NCBI GenBank assembly: GCA_964016885.1 | Contig: OZ024742.1 | Span: 194,990,001 to 195,054,000 of the forward strand | Reading direction: 5' to 3' | DNA length: 64,000 nucleotides | Origin: Eledone cirrhosa | Taxonomy: Eukaryota | Shown here: in pieces, positions 25,603 to 39,600 of the stretch | Position numbering within the stretch: position 1 is the stretch's first letter | How the letters are laid out: every line of letters starts with the position of its first letter | Program-made: the position numbers and the translations under genes | Notes under the pieces: generated by a model | What the model was told of the DNA's origin: nothing | The model's database searches: none | Seen by the model: only the letters and a program-made list of their open reading frames with translations

Positions 25603-27779
25603 AGGAAAATGTTTAACCCCGACGGCAGAGCTATTAATAAGGAAGCTAAATAATTAGCTAGTTTTTTTAAAATAGACAATAGAACAGAAAAACTTTCTAA
25701 ACGTAATGCCTATATCACCCTCAAAGATCGCAAACCTGATTTTATTAATCGTCCTAGTTGTAGATTAATCAACCCTGTTAAGACTGAAATCGGTCTTGCT
25801 AGCAAAAAAATATTAAATAATATAAACAAACATATTAGAAGTAAGTCTGAATTACTCCAATAGATAAATAGCTCTTCCGTAGTACATTGGTTTAATAATA
25901 TTTAAGATAAAAATAGTTCTAGATTCACCCAATTTGACATTGTAGACTTCTACCCGTCTATTACTGACCCTCTTTTAACGAAAGCCTTAAATTTCGCTAG
26001 AAAGTTATATCAATATTTCTGATATTGAAGAGAATGTCATTTTGCATGCTAGAAACACTTTACTATTTACTAATAATGACACTTGGGTAATAAAATCTAA
26101 CACAGAGAACACATTCGATGTCTCAATGGGTTCTTTTGACAGTGCTGACGTATGTGATTTAGTCGGCCTATTCCTCCTACACACACTTAAAGAGATATTC
26201 CCTAACGATACCTTTGGGCTTTATCGCGATGATGGTCTAATTCTTTCCCATACCACTATAAGCCATAACTTAGATAGATTCAGGAAAGACTTAATAAAAA
26301 CCTTCGCTAGTTTTAATCTTAAAATTACCATTGTCACTAACCTTTCTAATGTTAATTTTTTAGATATAAACCTAGATCTGCCTACTGCTTCTTATAAACC
26401 GTACCATAAACCTAATGAAAATTTAAAATATATAAATAAAGGCTCTTGCCATCCTCCTATAGTTTTTTAAAATCTTATCCCTAATATTAGCCGTAGGATC
26501 TCCACCCTCCCTTCCTCAGAAACTATTTTCAATAAGGCATCCCCTACTATAATAAAGCCCTTCAAAATAGCGGATTTAGCGAACCGATTAAGTACATACC
26601 CAACAATACTAACTCCTTTAAACGTAATAATAGGAAAAGAAAAAAAATCTGGTTACCCCCCCCCCCTACTTTTTAGCAGTTAAAACTAATGTAGGCAAAA
26701 CATTCCTAGAGCTCTTAGATAAACATTTCCCTAGAACACATAGATACTAGAAGATTTTCAATAGAAACTCTGTCAAGATCAGCTACTCCTGCGGTCCCGC
26801 TATTAAATCTTATATTCTCAATAAGAAAATACCCAGAAAACATCAACATTGCTCCTGTAGAGTCAAAAGTGAATGCCCATGACAAGGTAAATGCAACACC
26901 AAAGCCATTATATATGCAGCTAAAGTGACAACCACCAGGAACAACCTACCAGCCACCAGCGAACGATATGTGGGTATGGCACAAGACCAATTCAAAACGC
27001 GTTATTACTCATGTCGCATCTTTCCGACATCCTGAAAAAAGATTCACAACAGCTCTGGCTAGCAGCATATGGGATTTGAAAGACCAAGGTATCCAATATA
27101 AATTAGATTGGTCAATTTTGAACCAATCTAAAGAACATGCAAGAGGAACAAGAAGATGTGCACTCTGCATAAGAGAAAAATATTGGATTTTACAGAACCT
27201 TAAATCACCAAAAACCTGCCTAAATGCAAAAACAGAAATTTTCATCAGTTGCCCACACATGAAATCACACTTGCTTTCCAGCTCATATAAACTTAACTCA
27301 CTTTCAGATACTTATCCTCCATAAACTCTTGTTCTTCACTTTCCTTAAATTACCCTCTTTACAGACTTCTCATTCTGATTTACTTTTATTTTTATTTTTA
27401 ACTTTATTTTTACTTCACATCCACCAGTGACCCCCCACCCCCACCTGCTTTTTTATTCACTTACTTTATATCTTCACAATTTTACATATTTTACTTCCCC
27501 CTTTTCTTTCACTGCCTGATATCACATGTCACTTGCGTTTTCATCTCCAGATATATTCTGTTGTCCCTCAGCCGCTTTTAATTATGTTTACTTGTGTATA
27601 ATTTGTACTCATTTATTCATACGGCTGGTTTTATATTGTGTGTATGCGTGTAAGTGTGCACGTGTGTGTATACGTGTTTGTATACGAATGCATTCGTATG
27701 TGCGCGTGTATGTGTATATGTGTGTGTGTATGTGTATTTTTATATCTATGTTTTTTACATACTTATATATATGTGTGTG

Positions 27780-27876
<97 letters not shown>

Positions 27877-28844
27877 CTGTATATATATATATGTGTATAT
27901 ATATATATGTATATATATGGTCGCGTGCGTGCGTGTGATTAGATGTATATGTATGTATATATATGTGCTTCGTGTGTATATATGCGCGCTTTTGTATGTT
28001 TGTACGCATGTATGTGCTTTTTTCTGTACGTATTTATATATATATTTATATATATATATGTGTGTGTACGAACCTATGTATGTTTTCTATTTTTTTAGTG
28101 TTACTTTATAATTGATAACCCTCCCCCTTACTTTCTCTTTGATTTAATTTTTTTATTCTCATATATTTTTTCATTTTTTCATTTTCATATTTTATATATT
28201 TCATATATGTATCGACCTGACACTGCTTTGACTGATACACTCCCTTCCCTGTATATATCACTTGCATGTATGTGGTTGCGCGTGTGTGTGTGTTTATACG
28301 CGTGCTTTCATACTTGTATGTGTATATATTTCAATCCTTAGTAGCTGAGTCTGGATGTACGCTAACTCTATTATCTTACAATTTCTTTTTTCAACATATA
28401 TTATATACGTATTTGCGGTGACACATACACTGATATGCTTGCCCTCATGTATGTACTTACGCACACATTTTTTCACTATACACATGCATTTGTACATACA
28501 CACATATGTACATTTGTAGGTGCATATACACACATTTATACACATACCCTTATATTTCCTTATTTTATTTTTATATATCTCTTGCATTACTTTTATTTAT
28601 ATATTTTTTTGCCCGTTAAACATTTGCCTTTCCTGAGGAGATTTTTCAAATATTTCACTATGTTTTAAATTGCCTTGTCTGCCGAACGAATGAGGACGTT
28701 TCTTGTATTCGTCTTATTCGGGAAACCTCTGGTAATGAGGTAATTATATTGTATTGTTTATTATACATTAAATTTAGCTCTGTAACTTACATAGAGCACT
28801 CTTCACTCCTATGACTTTTTCAATTTTCAACGGAAACTTCAATA

Positions 28845-28847
<3 letters not shown>
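25603..28847 (+). mobile_element. Decayed, 5'-truncated Penelope-like element of the YRDD/CxC-finger (Naiad-like) type
   Basis: AYITLKD.KPDF, CRLINP, QFDIVDFYPSI, MGSFDSADVCDLVG, GLYRDDG, HCSCRVKSECP*QGKC..IIY, CALCIREK; several stops; hammerhead-like motif at the 3' end. Confidence 0.88.
28669..28744 (+). ncRNA. Hammerhead-like motif with CUGCCGA core at the PLE 3' end
   Basis: AUUGCCUUGU/AUGAGGUAAU stem I, 11-bp bulged stem II, GAAACC(UCU)GGUA; A6 replaced by C. Confidence 0.6.
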
Positions 28848-28895
<48 letters not shown>

Positions 28896-29281
28896 AAGGA
28901 AAAGTAATTGAAAATGCAACTGGAGTCTTTTAAGAATATTTATTTACTTTCTTTATTTTCCAAAAATACAATTGAGATGGAGGGTTTGTGTTTCTGTTAT
29001 AGTTTGTCTCGCAGATGCGGAACAAACCACAAGAGAAACACAAACCCTCTATCGCAATTTTACTTTTGAAAATCATAAGAACTCATAAGAACTGCGAAAC
29101 AAACCACAACAGAAACAAAAACCCTCCATCTCAATTTTACTTTTGAAAATCATAATAACTGTGAATCCGGTAAAGTAAATAAATAAATATTCTTAAAAGA
29201 CTCCAGTTGCATTTTCAGTTTCTTTTCCTTATACTTTCACCCGTGTGGGACACCTCTTTTTGACAAATGAAACATCATTTT

Positions 29282-29395
<114 letters not shown>

Positions 29396-30009
29396 CACAC
29401 ACACATATATAATATATGCGCACGCGCGTGTGTGTGTGTATCGTATAAGGTCAACAATGTAAAACAGTGATAATCAATCAAGAATGTCAATTACACAAAA
29501 TGTCATTTGGTTAAGGCTTGTATCAAAGGGAAAAAGAAGTGTTCTCAATGTATCGGATGTTAGTCTTTCGTCGGGAATTAAACGCGACTGTTATTGAAGT
29601 TAGGAAACGCAGAGGGAGTATGTATTTTTTTTATGTTCAAGGGTATTTTATCATGAGGGTGGGGTATGAACAAGAGTCATTGGGTATATATATGTCTATG
29701 TGTATGTAGTCGTGGTAGAAGAGCGTCCGGATCTGTCAGTTTGGCTTGTGTGTATATGTGTATATATGAGTGTATGTGTGTATGTGTGTATGTTTGTGTC
29801 ATGTTAATGTACATTGTGTAAGGGCATCTATCTGTTCAAGGTGTGTCTGCCTGCATGTGTGTGTCACGATACAACTGTGAGTATATATATATGTGCGTGC
29901 GTCAGGTTGTGTTTTTATTGAGGTGTGTGCGTGTGTCTTCGTGAATGTGTGTAAGAGAAACAATACTATAATACTATCGAAATAAAAAATAACGTAATTG
30001 GTGCCTTAC

Positions 30010-30277
30010 TTCTCTCAATGATTTTATAGTTAATACGAAACCCTGGCGCAGTTATGGTTTCATCACTCCGGAAGTCAATCCAAATAGCATTAGCTGGTAT
30101 TGTAGTATTTTGTGGAATATCAAGTAAACCGTATAACTTTAAGAGTTCTGAAGAAGAATTATCAGAAGAATCGAGACCAACACCGACGGTCAACTGGTCG
30201 TATATTTCTGTCTGGAATGCTGTAATTTCTAGCAGAATGACCGAGTTAGCAGGTGCAGCAATTACCCAAGAGCAAAA
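30010..30277 (-). CDS. Coding exon 4: remainder of CUB domain 2 (FCSWVIAAPANSVILLEITAFQTEIYDQLTVG...WIDFRSDETITAPGFRINYKIIER)
   Basis: ttttccag acceptor (phase 0), A|GTAAGG donor (phase 1), CxW and FxSD...GF CUB motifs. Confidence 0.9.
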
Positions 30278-31649
30278 CTGGAAAATAAATCAAAGTTTCA
30301 TTAATTTATACTAGCAGAGAAAACACCCTTCGGCTGGGTTTTTTCTGCTAGCATGTGTAGTGTGCATTTTGATATTATACGCAAATATACATGCATGTAG
30401 ATATGATACCTCAAATAAAATCATAATTGACAATATGCACAGGAATTGAAGAGAGACTGTGTTACACGCTCTTCTGTAATCAGTAAAGTAATCCATGATA
30501 CATTTCAAAAAGACGATATGATATATATACTGCATTATGGCAACACGAAAGAGGAGAAAATTAGCGACGGACATATAAACATTATATAACGTTGTAAATA
30601 TATGAACGTTTATATAAGCGATGTGATATAGCGTATGGTGAAGTGTTAGGATATAACGGACACTAATCGGAAGCGTTAACATTTGAAAATTTTAAAAGTG
30701 AATCTTAAAATAAGCAATATTATATATAAGAATATTTATGTTTAATCAAGAGCTACGAAATTTAGTAGATAAATTACATAATATTCATTCATGATTTATT
30801 CAAAGTAATCAAATTATTTTAATAACGCATTCAGAAAAAATATCTCTGACAGTCTCGCAGTCCTCCAATCATTATATATAAGATTATGTATTTTTTCATG
30901 TTCTGGATGGTTCTACACAACACCTATTTATAACAATTTTCTTTTGAGTGGTAGATTTCAAATATATTTCTCTCCCCTTGCAGATAATTATTTCAATAAT
31001 TACTGACAGCTGAATAATATAAACATTAAATATTAATAATAACAATGACAAATACTTCATTGGTCTTGATATATTACGGGTAAATAAGCCATTTTCAAAT
31101 GTGTTAAGAGATCACGAGAAAGATGCCGTTATTGCACATGTATTATGGTAGCTGACCTAAGGCTAAGCAACGCCTGTGTTACAGCAGCAATAAGCACTAG
31201 TATTATATAAATCGAAGCAATAATTTGATTCAGGGTTCTTCAAAGATACCACATTAATAATCCCGCAATAGATTTGAACATTAGACTTGTGACAGGAGAA
31301 GACTAATAACATATTGAATCGTTAAGTCTCACCTCCACATTCATTTCGAGTAAAGGGGAGTGCAGCTAGATAATCACACAGTGTAGTAGGCTTAGTGGTA
31401 AACAACCGAAACTCTAGAGAAACAAGACTCACTATTTAGCCTTAACAAAATGAATATTTAAACTCTAATTCGTAATTCAGTAGTCTTTTCCCTAAGCCGT
31501 CAACCACATACAAATATATATATATATATACATATATAAAGAATTAGTATATCTAACAACATATGCATACAGATGCATACCTATGTTAGCAAATATATAT
31601 GTTTTGTCTTAGTAACTTTGTGGTTCTATGCAAGGGGATGCAGAACAAT

Positions 31650-31752
31650 TATATGAAAGACGTAAATAAGAAAGTTATGAAAATTGACTTACTTACTAAA
31701 ATTTTAGTAAGTAAGTCAATTTTCATAACTTTCTTATTTACGTCTTTCATAT
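31650..31752. repeat. Perfect spacer-less palindrome of about 100 bp
   Basis: tatatgaaagacg...actaaaa|ttttagt...cgtctttcatata; the same peptide appears in ORFs on both strands. Confidence 0.92.
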
Positions 31753-32087
31753 ATACATATATATATATATATTTTTTTTTTTCTTTAGGTCGTTTTGGAA
31801 GCCTCAACAATGCAGACGGGTAATTCTCCGGGTAACAAGATCCGGTGGTGAAGAGAGAGATGTAAGTGAATGTAGAATGAGATGTATAGTGTGTAGAAGA
31901 ACGTGGCAAAGAGCGTAAAAAATAAAGAAATTAAAATAATAACACGAGATAGAGTTACCTTAGGAGAGATTTAATTGTCCCTATATAATTCGGATTCACA
32001 TCCATCAACTGGAGGTTTTTTTCCGGGGGGGGTGGGAAAAGTTATCTGTCGGATAGGTGCGAAACGTGTCCTCCGCTGTTCGTTGTT

Positions 32088-32122
<35 letters not shown>

Positions 32123-32265
32123 TGTATGTATGTATGTATGTATGGGAATTTCGTGTTTCTAAAGAAATACGGTACGTTTATAATAAACATTTACAAAGCC
32201 GTAGCTATGCAAAGATATCCACGGCTATTGCCGCCTGGTGGTATCCAGCAAAGACAAGGGCGACA

Positions 32266-32310
32266 ATCGTCGATGCGAATTTCGAACAAACTGGTCCTCA
32301 TCAGGACGAT
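32266..32310 (-). ncRNA. Hammerhead motif (second family copy at 49273-49316 +)
   Basis: AUCGUC-CUGAUGA-GGAC(CAGUUU)GUUC-GAAA-UUCGCA-UC^GACGAU, perfect 6-bp stem I; downstream sequence 32150-32210 is shared with 49370-49433. Confidence 0.8.
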
Positions 32311-32640
32311 CCCTCCCGTTCTTGCCACTGCTGGTAAATCGTTGAAACTACAGGGGGTCTGAAATCTGATGACCGTATTTTAATGTTTGTAATCTCTTCT
32401 CATCCATTCTATCTCTTCCTTCCTATCATCTCCTATTACATCGAACCGCTGATTTCTATCCTTCGAGGTAATGTTTCACCCAAGGCCACTTCGATGGTAT
32501 TTTGCCGTTTTAACAGCTTCCTTACGCCGAGTTTTTCCATTTTCCTACGAATTCTAATACACTCGCGTTTCAAAACCCGATTTTCGAGTTAATTTTGTTT
32601 ATATATTTATATATATATATATATATATATATAAACATAT

Positions 32641-32815
<175 letters not shown>

Positions 32816-33240
32816 TGTGGTTGTGTCTGTATATATGCACTTATATATGCTTGTGTATGAATGTGTATGTGAGTGCGCGGGTATGTATAATTTCTATTAT
32901 AATTTATGTAATGTCGTGATTTGCTTAAACAAGATTTTAGTAGTTTACGTTCAAGTTCTCTAAAATCCCTAAGTAAACGGAGTGACTTAGACAAATTTTA
33001 TTTGATTTATTTGACTAGCTTCGTGAAAGTATTTCTTCTGAAGCATTTTTATTGTTTTTACTGACAGTTTTCCATTAAGAAATTCCGAAAAGATTTGCTA
33101 AAAATCCACTGAGTATATTTAAACGTTTAAAAATAGAACCAAACAAAATATTCAAAATTGAATGATTTTACTGATAAAAAAATATTTGATTTTGTGAATT
33201 GATTTAAAATTCTATGTTTGTGTACAACGAATGAACTCAC

Positions 33241-33350
33241 CTCATTATTTGAGTAATGCCAAAGCGGATAACCAGGTGTTGACAAGCTACCTTCTGGTGC
33301 TGTCAACAATTCATGGCAGAATGGATTTGGTAGTAAATGAACGGACTCTT
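33241..33350 (-). CDS. Coding exon 3: N-terminal part of CUB domain 2 (ESVHLLPNPFCHELLTAPEGSLSTPGYPLWHYSNNE)
   Basis: ttatttgcag acceptor (phase 1), GAG|GTGAGT donor (phase 0), CUB motif C-x(3)-L-x(4)-G-x-L-S-T-P-G-Y-P. Confidence 0.88.
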
Positions 33351-34148
33351 CTGCAAATAATCATTAAGAAGAATGACTTTTATTTTATTGTTAGCTTCTC
33401 ATACATTTCAAATAATGGTATTTGAGTTGTTATTTTTTTTTTTTATAGACTTCTTAACCGAAGTCTAGCGTGTTGATTTTAATTCCTTATTTTGTACTGT
33501 TGGAAATCACACAGTATTTAATTATTTATTTATTTATTTATTCAATCTAAACGTCCGCATAGAGCCAGTAAGCCATGACAGACTAGGGGAAGTATCGAGT
33601 TCTTATTACAGTTGGTAATCAAAACGAATTAGTGAGACAAGTAATAACAAATTTTAAAAACTAAAAACTCAAATACAAAAAAGAAAAAGGTAAAAAACTA
33701 AATAACAAAAATAAAATTTCAAATATTAAAGACCAATGGGGAGGTAGTTATGCATACGAAAGAGAAAAGAGGAAACAAGGGAAGCTGTAAAACAGTTAGA
33801 AGTTTCTGTTGTTGAATCTTTTCGTAGCTTCCATGTACTCAAATATTTTGTTTATATTTGGTAGACCATTAATCAAATATTAAACTTTCAATCTTAGTAG
33901 TTTTTTAAAGATTGGTTTTAGTATGGCCTCTCTCTCAGATAGTGAAACAAATAGTGCTAAAGAGTTTCTGGAGAGTCACAACAAGAACATAGAAGTGAAT
34001 TTCTACGACCTGTTCTTGATAGAATGTAGTTCAAAGGTACTGTCTTTTTTTATATTTTCATTACTCAATGATCGATAAGTTTTGAATGTTGTCAAATCTG
34101 GTTGAGAAAGTCGGGGATTGATTTGTGAGTGTATTTCTAGATTTAACT

Positions 34149-34202
<54 letters not shown>

Positions 34203-34356
34203 CAAAGAGGGTGTGGTAAGATGCCAGGTGGACTATAATGCACCAGAGTACTCGATACTTAGGGTAGCAGAGTGGTGGGTAATATGAAAAGATCCAAACA
34301 AAAGTACACTTACAAATGCAGACTCACACACACAGATACACACGCACACACACACG

Positions 34357-34387
<31 letters not shown>

Positions 34388-34413
34388 GCGCGCGCGCACA
34401 CACGCACACACAC

Positions 34414-34445
<32 letters not shown>

Positions 34446-34700
34446 GCGCGCACGCATCTCTCTCTATATATAAATATATATAAATATATATGAAAAGATT
34501 CAAGGCCCCGATGGCTGACCTCCGCCCGTTTCGACAGCTAGATCCGAACAGTTCGGTGTGTGTGTGTGTGTGTGTGGACTTTTACTTTTGTATTTTCTTA
34601 GATCCCTTGTAGGAAATCATGTGTTGAAACAGATATCTTTGCACCTTGGGGAATGTTAATACTACTAATTAAAACCACGCACACCAATTGAGTTACATTT

Positions 34701-35627
34701 TGGCAGTATCGGTAGAGGGTCGGACGCCATGCTTTGCAGCAAAGAGTTACGGCCCTTTACGATCTGAGTTCAAATCCCGTCGAGGTTAACTTTGCCTTTC
34801 ATCCTTACGGGGTCGATAAAATAAAGTACCAGTAATACACTGGGATAATTGCTGGCCTTGTGCCTAAAGTAGAAACAATTATTAGTTAGAAGGTTGACTT
34901 TGCCTTTCATCCTTACGGGGTCGATAAAATAAAGTACCAGTAATGCACTGGGTAATTGCTGGCCTTGTGCCTAAAGTAGAAACAATTATTTGTTAGGTAA
35001 CTGGGGCGGTGGATTGGCAGTATCGGTAGAGGGTCGGACGCCATACTTTGACGTATAGAGTTACGGCCCTTGCCATTCTGAGTTCAAATCCCGCCGAGGT
35101 TCACTTTGCCTTTCATCCTTACGGGATCGATAAAATAAAGTACCAGTAATGCACTGGTAAATTGCTGGCCTTGTGCCAAACGTAGAAACAATTATTAGTT
35201 AGGTAACTAAGGCGGTGAATTGGTGGTATCGGTAGAGAGTCGGATGCCATTATTTGCATCATCTAAGTTCATATCCCTCCGAGCTTGACTTTGCCTTTCA
35301 TCCTTACGGGGTCAATAAAATAAAGTACCAGTCACGCACTGGAGTCGATTTAATCGACTTTCCCCTCCTCCAAAATTGCTGGCCTTGTGCCTATATAAGA
35401 AACCATTATCAGTTAGGTAAAGGGTGGTGGATTGGCAGTATTGGTAGAGGGTCGGACGCCATGCTTTGACGTATAGAGTTACGGCCCTTGCCATTCTGAG
35501 TTCAAATCCCACCGAGGTCAACTTTGTCTTTCATCCTTACGGGGTCGATAAAATAAAGTACCAGTAATGTACTGGGTAATCGCTGGCCTTGTGCCAAAAA
35601 GTAAAAAGAATTATTAGTTAGGTAACT
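34701..35627 (+). mobile_element. Head-to-tail cluster of about five tRNA-derived SINE copies (Nin/Deu-like core)
   Basis: A-box-like TGGCAGTATCGG, B-box GAGTTCAAATCC, core GCCTTTCATCCTTACGGGGTCGATAAAATAAAGTACCAG, (TTA)n tail. Confidence 0.85.
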
Positions 35628-35799
35628 AATCCATTCTTCGGTCAGTTTTTTGACTGAATGGTTAATTGTCATCTTTTATTGTGAAAGCCTTTCGTCACAC
35701 ATTATGTGACCTTTTCAATGACTATTCTTCCTCTTCTTTGTCTCTTCTTTTTTTTGATTGTTTTGTTCTATTTTCTTCATCTTGTCTTAATGATGATGA

Positions 35800-35861
<62 letters not shown>

Positions 35862-36607
35862 TTAAGTTTAGTGGTTCACCATTTATATAATAGTAGGAAA
35901 GCACTTGACGTTTCGCAACTCAACCATCTTTGATGTTGAATCCTGTTGTTGGTGCAGGAACGGGGTTAAATATTATAGAGTAAAATGACAGGAGGCCGGA
36001 CAGGTTAAATTCCTTGAAATTTTTATTTCTGCAAACTCTACGTACATTTATGTGGCCAGGTTACGTAGAAACCTGCTGACATCATCAGGTGTATATTGCA
36101 TAATAGTTATATACCAAAGGAATGATGGTAAACCCCTTTTAAGAGGCTTTAAGGAGGAAAAAAACAGAGAAGAAACAAATGTGTTTTTTGTTTTGGACTC
36201 GAAGGAGACAATGTGCTTCTCCAGTTAGTCTGTTCTATATCTCATGCGAGTAAGTACAGGTACATCGATTTCCTTCGCTGACGATCTTTGATTGACAATT
36301 GAACTGCACTAAATATTGGGGAAACATATTTCAAAAGCTATAGAGGAATACTAGACCAGCAGTGGCCCGTTGGGTCGTGTTCCCTTAAAAATATTTTTTT
36401 TAAATCTTGTTCACTTAAAAATAATTTTTAAATAATTAAAATATATAGACATGTATATAATGTAAAATGAAATCGGAAGGGCCATATATATATATATATA
36501 TATATATATCTGGGTGTGTGGGTGTGTGGGGTGTGGGTGTGTGGGGTGTGGGTGTGTACATATATATGTGTGTGTATATATATATATATGTGTGTGTGTT
36601 GTGTATA

Positions 36608-36650
<43 letters not shown>

Positions 36651-39600
36651 GATATACACACACATATATATATATATATATACATATTCATTAGTTAAGC
36701 AAAACAAGACCACAAATTTCACAAGGAAGACATTATTAAAAGATTATCAACATAATTTAGTTTGATGTAAGGAATGTAGAGAATAATAATAATAATATTA
36801 ATAATAATTGTTTCTACTTTTGGCACAAGGCCAGCAATAATCCCAGTGCATCACTGGTACTTTATTTTATCAACCCCGTAAGGATGAAAGGTAAAGTCAA
36901 CCTCGGCGGGATTTGAACTCAGATCGTAAAGGGACGTAACTATGCTGGAAAGCATGGCGTCCGACCCTCTACTGATACTGCCAATCCAATATAATGTTCC
37001 ATATATTGGTTTTTTACTATGGTGTCATGGTTGCATCAGTTGTCAGCCATAATCAAACAGTATTCATCTGTCGAGGCTGCATTGTGTGAGATCTACCTAT
37101 GGGTAACAAGATGGCTGCCAAAGGACATATTTACCTTACTAATTAGAGGGTGGTTTCAGGGGAAGTAACTCCTCGAGAGATTAGAAATTTTTTAACTTTT
37201 TAATTGAGAGACAATGTAACTTATAATTATCTAAGTTGTTCATAGCAATTTAACTTATTAGCTACAAGTAAACATGGGGCTAGATGACTATGTTGGGTCA
37301 AATATTCTATTGGCCAAGGAATTAGCCCTTCGATGTTGACAGCTAATAGTTAGCTCCGTTCTATCGTTAATCGGTAGAGGTCGTGATAGAGTTATGTAAT
37401 ATGCTTCTGTAATACAGAGATCACAAGATTTTCTTCGTCCATTGAAGGGTTGGGCGCTAGCCACGATATCCCATTTTTGTTAGTGTTGAACGTTGTTTAA
37501 TTTAAGGTTTTTAATTAGCCTAGCTAGCGATGTCGAACATCTGTTGCTAGGGTCTCTGAAGGAAAAAGAGTGCGCGTTATAGCGTACCTTAAAAGGGTTA
37601 GAGGTAGACCCGATATAAGAGCTGGTATTCGAAGCAGTTTTAACCGTGCACCTATAGACTATGTTGGGGGTCAGGCAGTGTCCATTTAATGGGCATGCAT
37701 TGGGGTAACGGCAGTTGCAGTTGCTTCTGCGGTTAGTGAGAGTAGGGGAGTTTAACCTAAGCGGTAGGTCCGTGCTGGAAGGATTAGATGGGGTAGGTGT
37801 GCTACTAGAGTAATTATTGGTGTAGTGGCGTGGTGTATTTGATAAGGGTGGAGGTACTGCGGTGTGGGAGTTATACTGTCTTAGCTTATGATGGTTATTG
37901 AATGTGATGTGGCTAGCTAGGTTAGGTGTTGTGGAGAATGAGATTTTAATGTTATTTTTATTAAAGAGTTTGTAATATCTATGGTTGGGGTGTAAATGTT
38001 TAGATAGGATAGAGAAGAAGCGTTTGGGGATATTAGTGGCTAGATTAGATGAGAATGGGGGGTTAAGCCAGGTGATATTTCTAGGTCTATTCCTTCTAGG
38101 GGTTCTAGTGGAGTTGGTAGGGGCCTTCCTAGGGTTGTTATTACCTGGGGATTTGTTATTTGTCATCCCATTTCTCATTACTATTCTAGGGTTGATTTTT
38201 AGTTTGCTACTTGGAGTGGGGAGCAGGCCGCTGCCACCATTAAAGTTCCCTTTATAGGTGCTGTTACTGCCAAAATTCCGGCGAATCTGGCTATATGCTA
38301 AGGTATTTCTAGTTCTAATGTTAAGTTTATTATGGTGAATTGCTGTGTTATGGCATTTAGGTATGTAATAAATTGATTGTTCATAACCAGATTCAGAAAG
38401 AGCCTTATTATAATATTGTGCATGGTTTATAAATATCTGCTCATTTGCTGATAGCATTGAGATCCTATACGAGATAGATTTGATTACTACTCTGATGACT
38501 ACCGGTGGGTGGTTAGAGTGTGGGCTAATATATGTGAGTATTTCACCTGGTTTATGGTAAGGGTAATATAGGTTATTGTTGAGATCCAGGGTGACGTGTG
38601 GATGGATTTGCATCTGGATAGATTTACCCACCCTTATGTACCAACAACCCCAAGGTTCTCTCTCAAGTATCATAAGCCAAACTTTATAGAGAACCCATCT
38701 ATTAGACTTATAAGCCCAACCACATCTGACCTGGGCCGCATCAGTAAGAACATCCTTGATAGGATAATCCCTGGGCTACGGGATGATACGACCTACAAGT
38801 TGTAGTCCAACACCGGCCAAGTCATTAGATGGTTCTCCGATCTAAGGTCCAAGCAATCTATGCGGTTCATCCAATTTGACATAGACAGCTATTACGCGTC
38901 AATAACCACGGAACTGCTCAACAAAGCATTAACCCTAGCCAGCACCAACTCAGACATAACCAATAATGAGATTAACATCATACTTATGGCTAGGCAGACT
39001 ATCATTGAATTCAACGGAGCACTCTGGACTAGAAAAGATAGAACAGACAACTTTGACATTACGATGGGCTCAAGTGACTCCGCGCAAATCACCGATTTAG
39101 TTGGCATTTACCTATTACATAACATCAGAGCCGAAATCCAACCCTTGCAAGGCGGAATATACAGTGACGACGCCTATTTGCAGTCCACAATTGCACTAAT
39201 CGGGGAATCGATTTGCTAAAAAAAACAATTACATAGATTCTTTAAAAATAACGGTCTCTCTATCACCATCGAGCCGAACCATAAAGTAGTAAACTTCCTA
39301 GACGTCACCCTGGATCTCAACAATAACCTATATTACCCTTACCATAAACCAGGTGAAATACTCACATATATTAGCCCACACTCTAACCACCCACCGGCAG
39401 TCATCAGAGCAGTAATCAAATCTATCTCGTATAGGATCTCAATGCTATCAGCAAATGAGCAGATATTTATAAACCATGCACAATATTATAATAAGGCTCT
39501 TTCTGAATCTGGTTATGAACAATCAATTTATTACATACCTAAATGTCATAACACAGGAATTCACCATAATAAACTTAACACTAGAACTAGAAATACCTTA

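Noticed and set aside
26880-26882. In-frame TGA within the Cys-rich finger of a Naiad-like PLE, raising possible selenocysteine recoding
   Set aside because: It aligns with Leu of CPL in the homolog at 36683-41545, not with a Cys, and the copy has many other stops; simple decay
34494-34546. About 45-nt motif shared with 59868-59912 next to (TA)n
   Set aside because: Too short to assign; probably the terminal stub of a truncated repeat
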